Part shown: positions 1 through 12,791 of the stretch, piece by piece
Layout of the letters: each line of letters opens with the position of its first letter
Position numbering within the stretch: position 1 is the first letter of the stretch
From: Lama guanicoe
Lineage: Eukaryota
DNA length: 64,000 nt
Assembly: GCA_013239625.1 (NCBI GenBank)
Contig: MU056000.1
Coordinates: 372,001 to 436,000, forward strand
Reading direction: 5' to 3'
Notes under the pieces: model-generated
The model's input: the letters and a program-made list of their open reading frames with translations, nothing else
What the model was told of the DNA's origin: nothing
The model's database searches: none
Position numbers and translations under genes: made by a program

Positions 1-13
1 CAAGGGAGATTAG

Positions 14-193
14 AGGGAGGGTGTAGCTCAGTGGTAGAGCACATGCCTAGTATGCATGAGGTCCTGGGTTCAATCCTCAGTACCTCTGTTAAAAAACTAA
101 TTAATAAACCTAATTACCTCCCCCTGCCAAAAAAACAAAAACAAGAAATGTAACACATCACTTCTACTCACAAAAACAAGAAAGAAAAAAAAA
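14..193 (+). mobile_element. tRNA-derived SINE (camelid Vic-1-like) with A-rich tail
   Basis: A-box GTAGCTCAGTGG and B-box GGTTCAATCC, followed by AATAAACCTAATTACCTCCCCC and an A-rich tail. Imperfect flanking repeat CAAGGGAGATTA (1-12) / CAAGGGAAGTTA (194-205). Confidence 0.85.
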
Positions 194-839
194 CAAGGGA
201 AGTTAAATGAGAAGTTCATCACAAGCCCTCGTGGCCCCAGGTTTGCTGGGAAGCCCTGTAGGTGGCCGTGCTCACGGAGAGCCTGAGGGGCTGGGGCGGG
301 ACACAGGCTGAGTCTTGAAGAGAGGCCCGGCTCGGGGACAGCCTTGTGGGGCGGATCTCAGACTCTGGTGCCTGCACGGTCCGCGTGTAGGACGGTCCCA
401 GAGCTCCGGCTGAGGGGCTTCAACAGGACCTGCCGGGGTGGGGGGGACGGCCCTGGTTCTTGGGGTGCCTGGGGAGGCGGTTCAGCACCTGGGGGAGGGA
501 GGGTCTTTAGTCTCCTGTAGAAACAAACTTCTAAGTTGACTGCAGTTTGCAAATTTAAAGTTGTTCACTTGGCCCATCTTTGTTTTACATACTTTTGGCC
601 AGAAAACATAGTGATTGGTCAACTTGTTTGTTGGTTATTGCTTCAGTCTTGTCACCTTTTGATGGATTTTCCATATTTGTGCATAGGTGTCCACACACAC
701 ACACTCGCCGGCACCCGTACACACGTCTACAGTCACGCGCATCAGTGCACGCACGCACGCAGCTGTTGCTGAAGTTGCAATGCTGGTCCCTGAGCCCAGA
801 GAGCCTGGCGGTGAGGGCGCCGCCCCTTCTTTGTTACAG

Positions 840-1138
840 ACTCCGTGGACGACGACGACCCAGCCCTTTCTCAAAAGTCAAGTTTGTCGACACAGAAGGT
901 GTTAAATCCATTGCCTGCTGCCGAAAAGCACAGGAAGCGAAGAATGCCTGGTGGGAGGTTCCAGGCACCTGCGGACCAGGAGTGTCTGAGCTGCCTGGAG
1001 GCACCCGACGGGCCCTCGAGCCTTGAGAGTCTGAGCAGGAGGAATGGTTCCGAGGCGTGGAGCAAGGGGACCTTCTCTCACCCAGTGGCGTTGGAGCCCG
1101 GGCAGCAGGGGCCCCCCAGCGCAAGTGGCTCTGGAGAG
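840..1138 (+). CDS. CEP72: CEP72 internal coding exon (299 bp, phase 1 to 0)
   Basis: Acceptor ttgttacag| and donor GAG|gtgagc. Encodes DSVDDDDPALSQK...KHRKRRMPGGRFQ..., resembling human CEP72 KCRKRRMPVGRFQ. Confidence 0.88.
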
Positions 1139-3143
1139 GTGAGCCGAGGTGTGAAGGTGGAGGGGCCGCTGTCCTTGGTAACGCCACGGCGTCTGTCCAC
1201 GGTGTCCACCGTGGCCCCGAGATGCGTGCAGCCTTTAGACAGCGCTCGCTAGTTTGTGCCTCCCTGTCTCGTTGCAAGTGTGCTCCAGTGCCACCAAGTG
1301 CCTTGAGGGGGAGGTGTCGTCACAGAGGGGTGCTTGCTTGCACAGCGTCCTCAGCCAGTCACCCGTGGCCCTGTTGTGAGCCACCCACAGGGGTTGTGGC
1401 CAGTGGCTCCGTGGCCCTGTTGCTGGCAGAGTGGGAGACTGAGAGCCTGTCACGGCTGTGGGCGTGAGTGAAGACCACCTGGTGGACTGGCAGCGGCCAG
1501 GCGCCCCTGCCAGACCCCGAGCTTGTGGGGAGGGGGGCGTCCTGCCAGGTCACCCGTTTGGCAGAGACACCAGCGGGCAGAGGAGCGGGAGCGGGACCCC
1601 GCCGAGAGGGGCGAAGTACCCTGACAGGGCTGTGGCCTGGGGAGGACGGGGGTACAGTGAGGTTGGTGAGGGTGGCTCTGAAGTTGGGCCGGAGCTGGAG
1701 TTGGAGAAGAACCCGGGCCGTGGCAGGCACGGGTCCAGCCCTGGCTGCTAGTTGTAGGCGGTGTGTGGCTGCTGGGCCGGCCGCTGTGGGCCGTGGGGCA
1801 GGTTCCACTTTAATTTAATGACTAGTCTGGCCGGCAGTCGTCCATTGGCATCTTCGGTCTCATAATTGAGGGGAGGAGGGAAACAGGGATTGCCTGAGTC
1901 AGGCAGGTGCTCGGGCCTTTCCTGTCCCATCACCCTGTCCCTGGATGGATGCTGCCCCATGCGGGGCTTTGCCTGGTGGACTGGTCCTGCTGTGGGGTTG
2001 GGATTTTGCAGGTGGGGGTGTTGCCTGGGGCACCCACTCCGTGTGCTGTGAGCTGGTGGTGATCGTCCCCTTGGAGAGGGCAGGTCGCATTGCTCAGGTG
2101 GAGGGCAGAGGCTGTGGCTGTACTGGGGAGCGGGGTCCAGCCTGGGGGCCTTGGCTCTGCCTGCTGCACCCAAGACTAAGCGTCCAGGTGCAGCTCCTGA
2201 TGGGGGAGCTCGCACAGATACTCGCTGGGGTGCTCTCAGCCTCAGTCTTCTAGGGCCAGCAGCCAGGCCTTTGCGTTACCATGCCGACTTGCTCCCTGGG
2301 CGACCCTGGGCAGAGCAGTGCCCCGTCGTGGGCCTGTATTCCTCATGCTCACGGTGCTCCCGTGGGTGGCAGGGATGGTGGGGGTAGGGGCCATCCCAGC
2401 TCGGGCGCAGGTGGCTCCCACACTCCCTGCAGGGTGTCACTGCTGTTGCACACGCTATCTGGGAGAAGAGCCCTTTATCTGTCCAATGGTGGTGAGGGAC
2501 ACCAGGCTGTGCGGGGGGCTTCGTCCCCAGCACTGGCATCACTGGCGTTTCCTCCATCCCTCACTCCCTTCCCAAACCGCAGCTTCTAGGAAGTGTTCCC
2601 AGGACACTGGGAAGTGGGCGGGAGAGCGGGAACTGTTGCCCTTCTGAGGTAATTCCTTAAACATGGTAAATAATTTCTAAAGGGAGGAAAAGTGAGCATT
2701 GACCTGAGCGCTGGCAGCTCTGGGCCCCGGCGTGGAGCCATGACGGTCCTGCCCGCGTCCCTGAGCCCTACCACCCTGGCCACCCTCCCTCTGGCCCTGT
2801 GTGAGGATCTGTCACATTCGGGGCCTTCTGGGCGTGAGTGGCCTTTCAGACGAGGACTAGCTCCACGAGGCCTCTGTCCTCCTGGAATTGTGTTGGCTGG
2901 TTCTGGAAGGCCTGGGAAAGCTGCGCTGGAACCACTGGTTTCGTGGCTGTTGGACTCAGGTGACGGGTCAGCCGTACCTCCTGGGTAGGACATCGTCTGC
3001 AGGTTGAGGCGTGTGGACAGCCTGTCACGTGTGGGTGGTGGACGGAGCATCAGCAGGATGCACATGCGGGCGGCGTCAAGTCTTGTGTACGTCAAGGTCC
3101 GGTGGTGGGAGCATAAAGCCAGGCTGTGGTTTGTCCCATGCAG

Positions 3144-3282
3144 GTGTGTCCTAGGCGGCACTTGGCCGCACCGCCCGGGATGAAGCCCACCCTGGAGGTA
3201 CTGGCCCTGGAAGCCCTCCTCGACCTGGTGGACCGATACTGGAGTGGCTGCAGGTCCCTGCACAGCAACGAGGTGTTCCTTG
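3144..3282 (+). CDS. CEP72: CEP72 coding exon (139 bp, phase 0 to 1)
   Basis: catgcag| ... CTTG|gtgagt. Encodes LEALLDLVDRYWSGCRSLHSNEVFL, matching CEP72 LETLLDLVDRSWGGCRSLHSNEAFL. Confidence 0.93.
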
Positions 3283-4247
3283 GTGAGTGGGGGGCCTTCG
3301 GCCCAGTGCTCTGCGGGCAGGTGCTGGACGCTCACTGGTGTCACTGCCTCTCTGTGCTGCAGGGAGCATCCTGATGGTCCTCGCAGTGGTGGGGCTCTTG
3401 GGGTGGGGACGGACAGACACGGGGCCTCTACGGGACCTGTGGCTGCTTCCCACCTGCTGGCCACCGGCCTTCCCAGAGGCGCCTTGTCGACGGGGGTGTT
3501 GGCGCAGCTCTTCACGGGTGTCTGCCTCCCCTTGCTCCGTGTTTACCCGGGGACTTGGAGAGGTTAGACAGCGGCGGCTGTGCTCTCGGATCCTCTGAGC
3601 ACTTGGCGGACTGAGGGCAGGGCCCCGATGTGCTGAGCTTTTGGTGGGAATGAGCTGAGGCCCAGGAGGGTGGTCCCTCCCCAGCAAGGACTCGGGGTTG
3701 CTTCCGCCCAGTGCCTGGGTGCAGGCACGCTGGGTACCCGCCTCCAGAGTCGGGAGGTGCTGCATCCCTGGGGCCACCTGTTTCTCTGCAGCCTGAATGC
3801 AACCTTGCATGTCCCGGGGGAGCAGGTACCTGCCAGCTTAGCCACACCAGGGGCTCCTGAGCCTCCACTCAGAGTTGTGGCCCCTCAGCTTCTCCTGGAA
3901 TCAGGGCATCAAGCCCATCAGTCCCCCCATCTCAGCACTGGTCTGCATTGCAGTCGTGGGACAGAAGGTGCTGTCGAAGAGAACGTCCAACAAGCCACCT
4001 CATCCTGGCCTGTCCTGAGGGCCCCTTGCTGTCAACAGCGCTGTTGCTCTGCTCCTGGGTGTCCCCGCGTGGGCTGGGTGTGAAGAGGCCTCGCGAAGAG
4101 GCCTGCACCGTCTGGACCCTTCCACCTGGCCCCATGTCTGTCAGTGCTTCGAGGCGTGGGGCCTGTGTGTTGAAAATGCATTGAATGATATGTGTATACT
4201 CATCCTTTCATCTCATAATATTCATAATATTTTATTCTTACTCCTAG

Positions 4248-4444
4248 CTCAGGCAAGACACATTTTGTCATCTGTTCAAGAATTCACAGCCACTCAGGAC
4301 AGTTCCACAACTGTGAGTGAAGAGATCAGCTACCTGACTCTGGAAAATAAGTCCCTCTATGGCCACCTGGCCGAGCTGCAGCAACAGCACAGCGTGAGGA
4401 TGCGCGAGGTGGTGTCGGAGCTCGGCGACACTCGGAGGGAGATG
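4248..4444 (+). CDS. CEP72: CEP72 coding exon (197 bp, phase 1 to 0)
   Basis: ctcctag| ... GATG|gtgagc. Encodes AQARHILSSVQEFTATQDSS..., the start of the coiled coil. Confidence 0.94.
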
Positions 4445-5079
4445 GTGAGCCGCCCCCGGTGTGCATCCCGTGAACTCACAGATGGGGTGGAAACGCCGCT
4501 TTGACGGTACAGGCGAGGGTAGCCGCTTGACTCTGCACGTCCCCTTCCAGCTGGCTGCTGCAGCACAGGTCCCTCCTGCCCTTCCAGGACACAAACCCCC
4601 TCACCCCAGGCTGTCCCCACCCCAGGGACTCCAGCTGCCCCTAGGGTGTTGCCTGACTGTGTCCCCCAAGACTGCACGTGACAGTGACCGCAGATAGCTG
4701 CTTCCTGCTTGTCTCTGCGCGGCCCCTCCTGGGCAGCGGCCATCTGTTCTGAGAGAGGCCAAGGGGAGAGGACAAAGGGTGGAGTTGAGCTTAAGGCGGA
4801 GCTTCTGTGGCCAGTGTTCCTCGGCCCAGGCTCCCCAGACCACTGATGAGGAGGTCCACTTAGCTGCGTGGCCCTGGGTCCCTGCTGCCGTCCTGCCTGC
4901 ACCAGCCAGCGGGGGACCCTTGGTGTCCTCTTGGCCCTGTGGGAACCTCGCCACCAGGTGGTGCCCAAGGGCAGCCGGAGCCAGCACCCTGGACTTGGTG
5001 GTGGAGCCACATCCTGGCCAGGCAGGCGCCTCTCCAGGGCCGACACTCGTAAGTGCCTGCCGTACAAAGAGGAGATCCC

Positions 5080-6420
5080 AAGTAAGCAACCTAGTGTTAC
5101 GTCTTGAGGAAGTAGAGAAAAGAACAAACCAGAACCGTCACAAACGGAAGGAAGGAAGTAACAAAGATCAGAGCAGAAGTCAATGGAGCAGGGAAACAAC
5201 AGGAAGAAAAGCAGCTAGACCGAGTTGGGTTTTGAAAAGATACAAAGTCAGCAAACCCTTCCGAGGCCCAGAGGACAGACTCAAGACCAGAAACAGCACA
5301 GGAGACGCTGCGGTGGAGGACGCCTCCGAAGTGAGGAGGGCCAGAGGATGGTCACCTGTAGGCACATGGAGAACCTAGAAAGACACGGGTAGATTCCTGG
5401 AAACACGCAGCCCACTGAGGCTGCGCGGAGAAGAACGAAGCCTGAACGGACAGAGCACGCTGGGAGACTGGGCAGCAGTCAGCCTCCCGCAGAGAGGCCC
5501 GGGGCCAGGTGGCTGCTGGCCTCCTTCTCCCAGACATCCGGAGGACTAGCACTCACTCTCCTCAAAGTTTCCCAGAAAGCAGCAGTAGAGGGGGCACTTG
5601 CAAACTCATTTTATAAAGTCAGCGTTATCCTGTCACCAAAGCCAGAGTTACCACAAGAAAAGAAACCTACAGGCCACTGCCTCCGGTGAGCAGAGACGTC
5701 AAGATGCTCCGCAGAGTGCTCGTGGACCAAGTTCAACAGCACGGCAGAAAGGCTGCGCACCGCCACCAGGTGGGGCTTCCCTGGAGCGCTGGCTGGGTGA
5801 ACACGTGCAGGCGCATCCAGCACGTGGACCTGTGGAAGGATGGAAACCACACAGGCACCTCAACAGGTGCAGCACAGCCATGCGTGATTAAGCCAGAAAA
5901 CAACAAAGCAGGTGTAAAAGAAAATGTCCTCAACACGATAAAGGCCGTTTGTGAAGAGCCCTCAGCCAGCAGGGAGGAGGCTCCCTGGCGCGGCCTCGTT
6001 AGTGATGTGGGTGACACCAGAAACGCAGGCGACGGAAGCAGAAATAGACTAGTAGGACTGCATCGAAGTAGGACGCTCCTGCAGAGCCAAGGGAGCCGTG
6101 AACAAAACGAGAAGGCAGCCTGCAGATGGGGAGAAGATATTTGCAAAGCACGTGTCTGATAAAGAGTGTCCAGAATGTGCAAAGAACTCGGGCAACTCGA
6201 AAGAAAAAAACAAGCGTGAACGGATAAAGAGCGTGTGGCGTGTGCCGGCGGGACGGATGTTCTCCGCTTCACGGGGAGGACATCCTGCCTCTGAGCAGCC
6301 CGGACGGACCTGGAAGGCCTGATGCCAAGTGCAGTGACTCAGGCGTGGCAAGGAGCAGACTCACAGGCACAGAGCAGGGCGGGGTCCCCAGCAGCGGGAG
6401 GTGGTTCTGCAGGCCTCGAG
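5080..6420 (+). mobile_element. Degraded LINE-1 ORF2 fragments in a CEP72 intron
   Basis: L1-like text such as AACAAAGATCAGAGCAGAAGTCAATGG and TGGGGAGAAGATATTTGCAAAGCACGTGTCTGATAAAG. The ORF at 6098 reads RQPADGEKIFAKHVSDK. Confidence 0.8.
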
Positions 6421-7029
6421 CATGGACCACACTTAGGGAGAGGCCCCGAGTCCAGGAACCTGCGGGAGGGCCAGACGTGCAGACGACAAGGTGCGCCTGA
6501 GCTTGACCGAGCGCCGGTCCCTCGGGTGTGTGCTGCGTGTCGCGTCAGCGCGCACCTTGAATGCGCGCAGCCTGCGGCGTGAATACCTACGCGTGTGGTG
6601 GCTTGACATTTTTACTCCCTGATCACCGTGGTTGGGTTTTATTGTATGGAAACTATTTAGGGTGTTCTATTATTTTACTTTTATTTTTACTTCACAGCGA
6701 AAGTAAATCTGATTCACAGAAGTGTTGTTTCGTGGTGAGAACGCGCACGGCATCGGGGTTGGGCGCATGGGCTGCGGACTTCGGCTGCCTGGGTGTGGCT
6801 CTGGGCCCGAGGCCAGCACCACCCTGCTGAGCAGGCCTCCTGGTCTCTTGTGGCCCTCGAACCTCAGCGCCTCTCCACCCCGCCTTCCGCACGCTGCTGC
6901 CACCTGGCACCTGCCTGCGCTGCCCCCTTTGACCTTGTGCGCTCTCCTGCCCCATGAGACTCGGCGCAGCCACCCCACTTTCTTCCACTAGTATTTTTAG
7001 ACCTTTTTCTGTCCTTCTAATTTACTGGT

Positions 7030-8170
7030 GCAGTTACATTTAAAGTGGGTTCCTTTTAGGCAGCATATAGCTGGATGTGTCCTTTCTGTAATTAACAATC
7101 TCTGCCTTTTATTTTCAGTAGCCTTTTAAGAAAATTAATTAAACTAAAAAAAAAGGTTCACCCATTTCTTTCTTCCTTAACCTCTGCCAACCACCTGTCT
7201 CTCCTTTGTATCCATGAGCTTGGTTTTGTTTTGTTTTCGATTCCACATGTGAATCTGATCCTATGGTATTTGTCTTTCTCTGACTTACTTCACTTGGCTT
7301 AATACTCCAGGTCGAACCACGTTGCTGCAAATGGCATTATTTCACTCTTTAATGGCTGACGGGTATTCCATCGTATAAACACACAGCAGCCTCTTTATCC
7401 CGTCCTCTGTCGATGGACACTCGGGTTGCTTCCGTGTCTTGGCTCTTGCAAATAGTGCTGCTGTGAGCACTGGGGTGCACGTGTCTCTTTGAGTTAGGGT
7501 TTTGGGTTCCTCAGACAAGCACCCGGGAGTGGGGCTGCTGGGTCGTGTCGCAGTGCTGTCGTCGGGCTTCTGAGGAACCACCAGACCGCTCTCCCCGGTG
7601 GCTGCAGGGCATGGGGCCCCTCTTCTCTGCGCCCGCGCCAGCGTCCGTCACACAGGCCTCCGTGAGCACGGCCGCTCTGCCGGGCGTGAGGAGTCGTCGC
7701 GTCCTGGCTTTACTTGCTGTCTAGTAGCGACGTCGGGCGTCTTTCGTGTCCCCGTTGCCCGCCTGTATATTTTCTTTGGAAAAGTGTCTGTTCACATTCT
7801 CTGTCCGTTTTTAAATCAGATTGTTTGGCTTTGGCTGTGGAGTTGTGAGTTTCTTGCGTATCCTGGACAGTGGCTCCGCACCAGACAGGCAGTTTGCAGA
7901 CAGCCCTCCCCGTCTGCAGGCTGCCTTTCGTTGTGTTGACAGTTTGGTTTGTGGTGCAGACACTTTCTGGTTTCTGTTGGGCTCCTGAGAGGATGCGCCG
8001 TGAGCTGCGCGGGTTCTTGCCCCTGGGTCGGGCTGTGTGTTGTGCGGAACGAGGCGCACGTGGAGCGATACGTGTTTACACCGAGTGGTCTTTCCGGGTC
8101 AGGCCTGGCGCAGCGGGGCTGCCACATCTGACTCGGGGCTCTGGGGCTGCCCAGGCTGTCGCTTGGGCAG
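7030..8170 (-). mobile_element. LINE-1 ORF2 C-terminus and 3'UTR fragment, antisense
   Basis: The minus ORF 7342-7581 reads DTCTPVLTAALFARAKTRKQPECPSTEDGIKRLLCVYTMEYPSAIK, resembling the L1 ORF2 C-terminal motif. Confidence 0.88.
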
Positions 8171-9258
8171 CTGTGCACGCTCACCTCGTTGTCCTCGGCC
8201 GCATGCCACGTGGGAGGCCTCGCGACCTGGCAGCTGGTGAGGAGAGGCCCCCACAGGCTGTCGTCTGTAAAGTGGGAGTGAAAGGGGGACGAGGCTGAAT
8301 GTTGGTGCTTGTGGTTTTGTCAGGAACGCAGGCTTCCTTTCAGAGAGAAGAATGACAGTGAATGAGCGGTCTGTGCAGCGGGGGTGCCAGTGCACACGAG
8401 GACTGCAGCCCCCGGCCTGGGCATGGCTGCATGCAACGCATCGTCCCCTGGGAGGTCCAGGACCGCAGGTCCAGACAGATGGGTCCCTGATGCCGTCTGC
8501 ACAGAAGTGTGGCCGTGGTGGGCAGCGTGAGTGGCTCTGTCCCACAGGGTGGCTGGGGGCCACGGGACTGGCCAGCCGAGAGGCCCTGCCTGGATGCAGT
8601 ACAGAACCATCCCAGCCCCAGAGCCCTGCTCGGCGCCTCCTCGGTCTGCCCTTTGCGGGGACGCCCCTTAGTTCTGAGGGCCCGGCCTGTGAAGATGGGA
8701 TTCCGTGGTTGTGCGTGTGTGCTGTGTCACGTTCGCGAGGCCCCGGTGCCCAGGGCGCTCTGGAGCCGTCCCAGTGTGGCTCTGAGCAGGAGTGGCCTGT
8801 CTGCTGCTCACCACCCTGCTTGGCTGAGATCTTCGTCAGGACCTCGGGCCCAGCCCCTGTCCCTTGGAACTCAGCACGTCCCTGGGAGACAGGCCGTCAG
8901 GTGGCACTGGCCAGGCAGACAAGGGTCGGTGAGCATCTGGGCGTCCCTTCATTCACCCAGGACAGGGGAGGAGCTTGGGCCGCAGCTCCCCGTGACGGCA
9001 GTGGCTGGTGTGAGCCCTGTGTGTGCAGCACGGGTGTGGAGGGCCCACCCTTGACCTGCTCCTGGGTGGGGAGGAGGTGCCAGGCCTGGCTGTGGCAGCC
9101 AGGGCCTTCCTAGAGGAGGTGGAGCTGAGGCAGCCACCCCTCTGAGGGTCCCCGAGCCCGGCCTGGGGCAGCATGTTGGCGGGGAGCGGTGCCGTGAGGC
9201 GGGCTGGCTGCCCTTCCCTCCAGTTTGGCCGTCGTGGTGTGTGAGTCCGTGAGCCCCC

Positions 9259-9318
9259 NNNNNNNNNNNNNNNNNNNNNNNNNNNNNNNNNNNNNNNNNN
9301 NNNNNNNNNNNNNNNNNN
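9259..9318. other. Assembly gap (60 N) next to a poly-C run
   Basis: N run followed by a C homopolymer. Confidence 0.99.
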
Positions 9319-9408
9319 GCCCCCCCCCCCCCCAGTGCTTTTGGTGGGTTCGTTGTGCTTCTGTGAGGTGGACTGAGCTGCCCTGTCTGTTCTGTGCCGG
9401 GTCCGCAG

Positions 9409-9535
9409 GACCAGCTGAGGCAGCACCTGGACCGCGCGCTGGAGGAGAGCAGCAGCCTGAAGTCGCTCTTGCTCAGCGTGAAGGAGGTGGCGAGAAGCGC
9501 CGACCCACCTGCCGCGCTGAGCGTGCAGATCGCGG
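9409..9535 (+). CDS. CEP72: CEP72 coding exon (127 bp, phase 0 to 1)
   Basis: gtccgcag| ... GCGG|gtgagt. Encodes DQLRQHLDRALEESSSLKSLLLSVKEVARSADPPAALSVQIA. Confidence 0.93.
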
Positions 9536-11197
9536 GTGAGTCGGGGGCGCCTGTGCGTGCTTCTCGGGTGCCAGAACCGCTCTGGGGCAGCGCGGGGAGG
9601 CGGTGGTGGCTGGGCTGCATGCTTCTCTGACCCCCGAGAGGCCCTTCTGCTCCTGCTCCTCCCGGACCCTGTCTTCACTGTCTGGGGTGACGTGGGGACA
9701 CGTGGCCCCAGTGCTTCCTGCGTTCTTGCCTCTTGGGGACCTGAAAGACAGATGGTGAGTGTCTGGGGCAGGAGCACAGGCCCGCCAGCCCCTGTGCGGC
9801 CACCTGCCTGTCGGGTCCCCTCAGCCCCTCGCTGCCCCGTTGGCTGTTTCACTGAGTGCGAGAGTTCTTTCTGGCTTTCTTTCCCCGTTTCTTCACGACA
9901 TTGTCTCTCGCGAAGTCGCTCTTTGTTGCTCGAGCCCTGCGGCTGCCTCTGGTTCTCTGATCCGGCTCTGGGCTTCTCTTGTTCCTGGTCTCGTTGAAGC
10001 GGTCGGTGGGGCCTGGTGTGTCCTGGGACTGGCTTCCATCGTCTGAAGGGCGCCCCGTGCTTGGTCCACACCGTGTGGGGCTGCCCTCGCCCTCGGCCTC
10101 CAGGAGCCCCAGATAAATGCAGCGCCCCCTGGGGTCATCCAGGCCCTGTCCCCCTCCTCCCTGCTGTCCTGTCCTGCTGGACCCAGCCCCTCACCAGCCT
10201 GTCTGCAGTGCGGCCCTGATCCAGGAGCCCTGGCGGGTGGGCCTCAAGGGGTCACCCTGCTCTCCCCTCATGAGAGGGGCCAAGCATGCCCCGTGACAGC
10301 ACGGCTGCCCACTTGGCCTGAGGGGTTTCCTGTGACAGTGGGGACACTGGGCTCTCCGTCCTCAGGTCTGCCGGCCCCTGCTCCCCCACAGATGTGGACA
10401 CCACGCAGGACTCGTGCCTGCCTCGTGTTTGGGGTCTTGAGGCCACCTTGTCACCAGGTGCTGGCCTGTCGTCAGCAGGGTTCTGCTCCTGGTGCCTGAC
10501 TGACGTGGGGGCTCTGGGCGCCTCCCCCCGTGGGATGCCTGTCATCAGCCCTCAGGTGCGGGTTGGGGTGGGTGCAGACTCTCAGCAGTGTTTTCCCCGC
10601 TTAGCGCTTGGAGGACGTGCCCCGTGGCTGCTGAGGACCTGCTGTTGGTGTCAGGTCCCCTCCACCTGTGACCTCTCCCCGGCTTGTGTTGTTTCTGGTG
10701 TGGAGTTGTGCGGTGGCCTGTCTTCCTTCAGAGTTTTACGTGCCCAGCAGCCAACAAGTGTTTCTTCCCCTCTCAGTTGGAAACCCAGAGAGAGACAGGA
10801 GACATGTGGATGGGCCCAGGGGCCCCGGGGTCTTCTTACCGCCCCTCCCCAGAGCCGTGGGCCCTGTCAGGCTCTTCCTGGAGGCCTGGCTCCACCAGCA
10901 GGCAGATCCGGCTCAGGGACCTCCGGCGGGTGCCAGGCCCACCTCCACCCGCGTGCCCTCCCCGCGCCCCTCAGGGTGTCCGGAGGCAGAGTCCCGTGGC
11001 TTTGCCCCGGGAGGGCTGGCGGGGGCTGCTGGCGGAGCGGCTGGCTGTGGAAAGGGGGGGATGGGGGCTTCCTGTTCGTGCCTGGTGCCCTTGCCAGTGT
11101 CCTTCCCTGCGCCCCAGGCGCCCTTTAGACTCTGGAATGGTTTCAGCTTTCAAGATGTGAGTGAATGTCACTGGACATCACTGTTGTCTCCCTGCAG

Positions 11198-11309
11198 GAC
11201 TGCAGGCGGGTGTGAAGAGCCTGTCAGGGGAGGTGGTGGAGCTGAGGCAGCACCTGGAGCATGACGACAGGGTGCAGGAGCTCACGCAGCTGCTCCAGGA
11301 GAGCCACAG
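11198..11309 (+). CDS. CEP72: CEP72 penultimate coding exon (112 bp, phase 1 to 2)
   Basis: ctccctgcag| ... CACAG|gtgctc. Encodes GLQAGVKSLSGEVVELRQHLEHDDRVQELTQLLQESH. Confidence 0.92.
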
Positions 11310-12384
11310 GTGCTCCCGGGCCCGCTGCCCCCAGCGAGGTGCCATCCGCTTGCCTGTGCCCCAGCCATGTTTGCGGGCCACCACAGGGCAGAGCCCCCGT
11401 TTATTCAGAGGCCTGTGTGCTGGGAAGTGGGTGGAGGCTGCAGAGGTTAAGCCGGCCTCGAGACGGGCTGTCTGGCTGGGGATGGGGTGCAGGCTTGGGA
11501 GCCCTGGTTCTGTGGCCTCAGCGGGAGGTGGGCCTGTGGGCAGCGCTCTGCCCCCCACCTCCCTTTCTCTCTTTTCTCCCCCCACACCCTCTCACTCTTG
11601 GAGCTGAGGCCACCACACCCGCCCTGGGGGGGTGGGTGCAGTCTGGGCACAGGCGAAGCCAGGCCATGACCTTACAGGGGTTGAAAGTCACCGCCCCTTG
11701 GGCCCCTCACAGCACAAGTGACAGAGGGAGGGGCTCCTGGGAGATGACAGCCAAGAGCCAGTCAGGGGAGGGGAGGGAGATGGGACACAGGCAGGGATGG
11801 GGGGGCCCCGTGGGTTTGATGTGGACAGGGCAGGGCTCAGAGACTCTGAGGGCAGCGGGTGGGTCCCCCTGGGGGCTCTGCCTGGCCCGGGCTATCCCGG
11901 TGGTCCCAGCAAACAGGGTTTGTCGCTGGGGAGACCCGCTCTGTGGACACAGTGGCCCTGCTTTGTCTGTCGCTGGTGATGCCATGCGTGTCCCTCAGCT
12001 CGTGCTGGCTGGGCCAGTGGGGCAGCCTGGCGAGGACAGGCTGGCAGAGGGCAGCACCACCCCACTCCTAACCCCCCTGCAGGGAAACACGGTTCACGGG
12101 CCGGGAAGTCAGAACTTCCAGTTATGCTGTTCCCGTGTCAGAATTACCAAGAGGCTCCTTTATGTTTGAGCAGGAAGTAGAAACAGTTCAGTCTCCAGAC
12201 CTTTTCTAGAATTGGAACATTGTTTTCTTGCCATAAAGGCAAGAAGGCAGTGGTGTCCTTCTCAGGAAGCCCATGCTGGGCTGTCAGGGGCCTCGTGATT
12301 CCACGGTGCTGAGCCGCGCCTGTGGGTGTGTGATGAGCGGGCGGGGTCCCCGGGGACTGAAGCGCTGCCCCCTGCCTCCCCCAG

Positions 12385-12541
12385 GTCCCTGGTCAGCACC
12401 AACGAGCGCCTCCTGCAGGAGCTGGGCCAGGTGCGGGCGCAGCACCAGGTGGAGGTGGAGCAGCTGCACTGGAGCTACAAGGAGCTCAAGAAGACCCTGG
12501 CCCTGTTCCCCGCCGGGGTCGCCAGCCCAGGCCGACGCTAG
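12385..12541 (+). CDS. CEP72: CEP72 last coding exon to TAG stop
   Basis: cctcccccag|. Encodes SLVSTNERLLQELGQVRAQHQVEVEQLHWSYKELKKTLALFP...*. All six exons join in frame. Confidence 0.94.
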
Positions 12542-12785
12542 CCCTGCGCTCCGTGCTGTGCCCGCAGTGCCTGAGCGCTTGGGGTGTGTTTGGGGCCTGT
12601 GGCTCGGTGCTCTGAAGCATCCTAAGAAGACAGGCTTAATCCAGGCCCTTCACGTTGAGACAGACAGATCAGTCGTTTTTCATCATGCAGCTTGAGATAA
12701 AAAATGCTGTATTTTTCTGCCTGATGTGCAAGAGAGCCATGTGGATGAGAACAAAAGAGCTCATGTGGGACAAGCAGTTTTGTTT

Positions 12786-12791
12786 AATAAA
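12786..12791 (+). terminator. CEP72: Probable CEP72 polyadenylation signal
   Basis: First AATAAA after the stop, about 245 nt downstream. Confidence 0.7.

Noticed and set aside
14-90. Possible tRNA gene (also at 41451-41525)
   Set aside because: The A and B boxes run into a SINE body and A-rich tail, and there are three related copies in the window. These are tRNA-derived SINEs.
8949-10071. 372-aa and 223-aa minus-strand ORFs
   Set aside because: They run through an N-gap, lie antisense to a CEP72 exon, and have the low-complexity composition typical of GC-rich noise.
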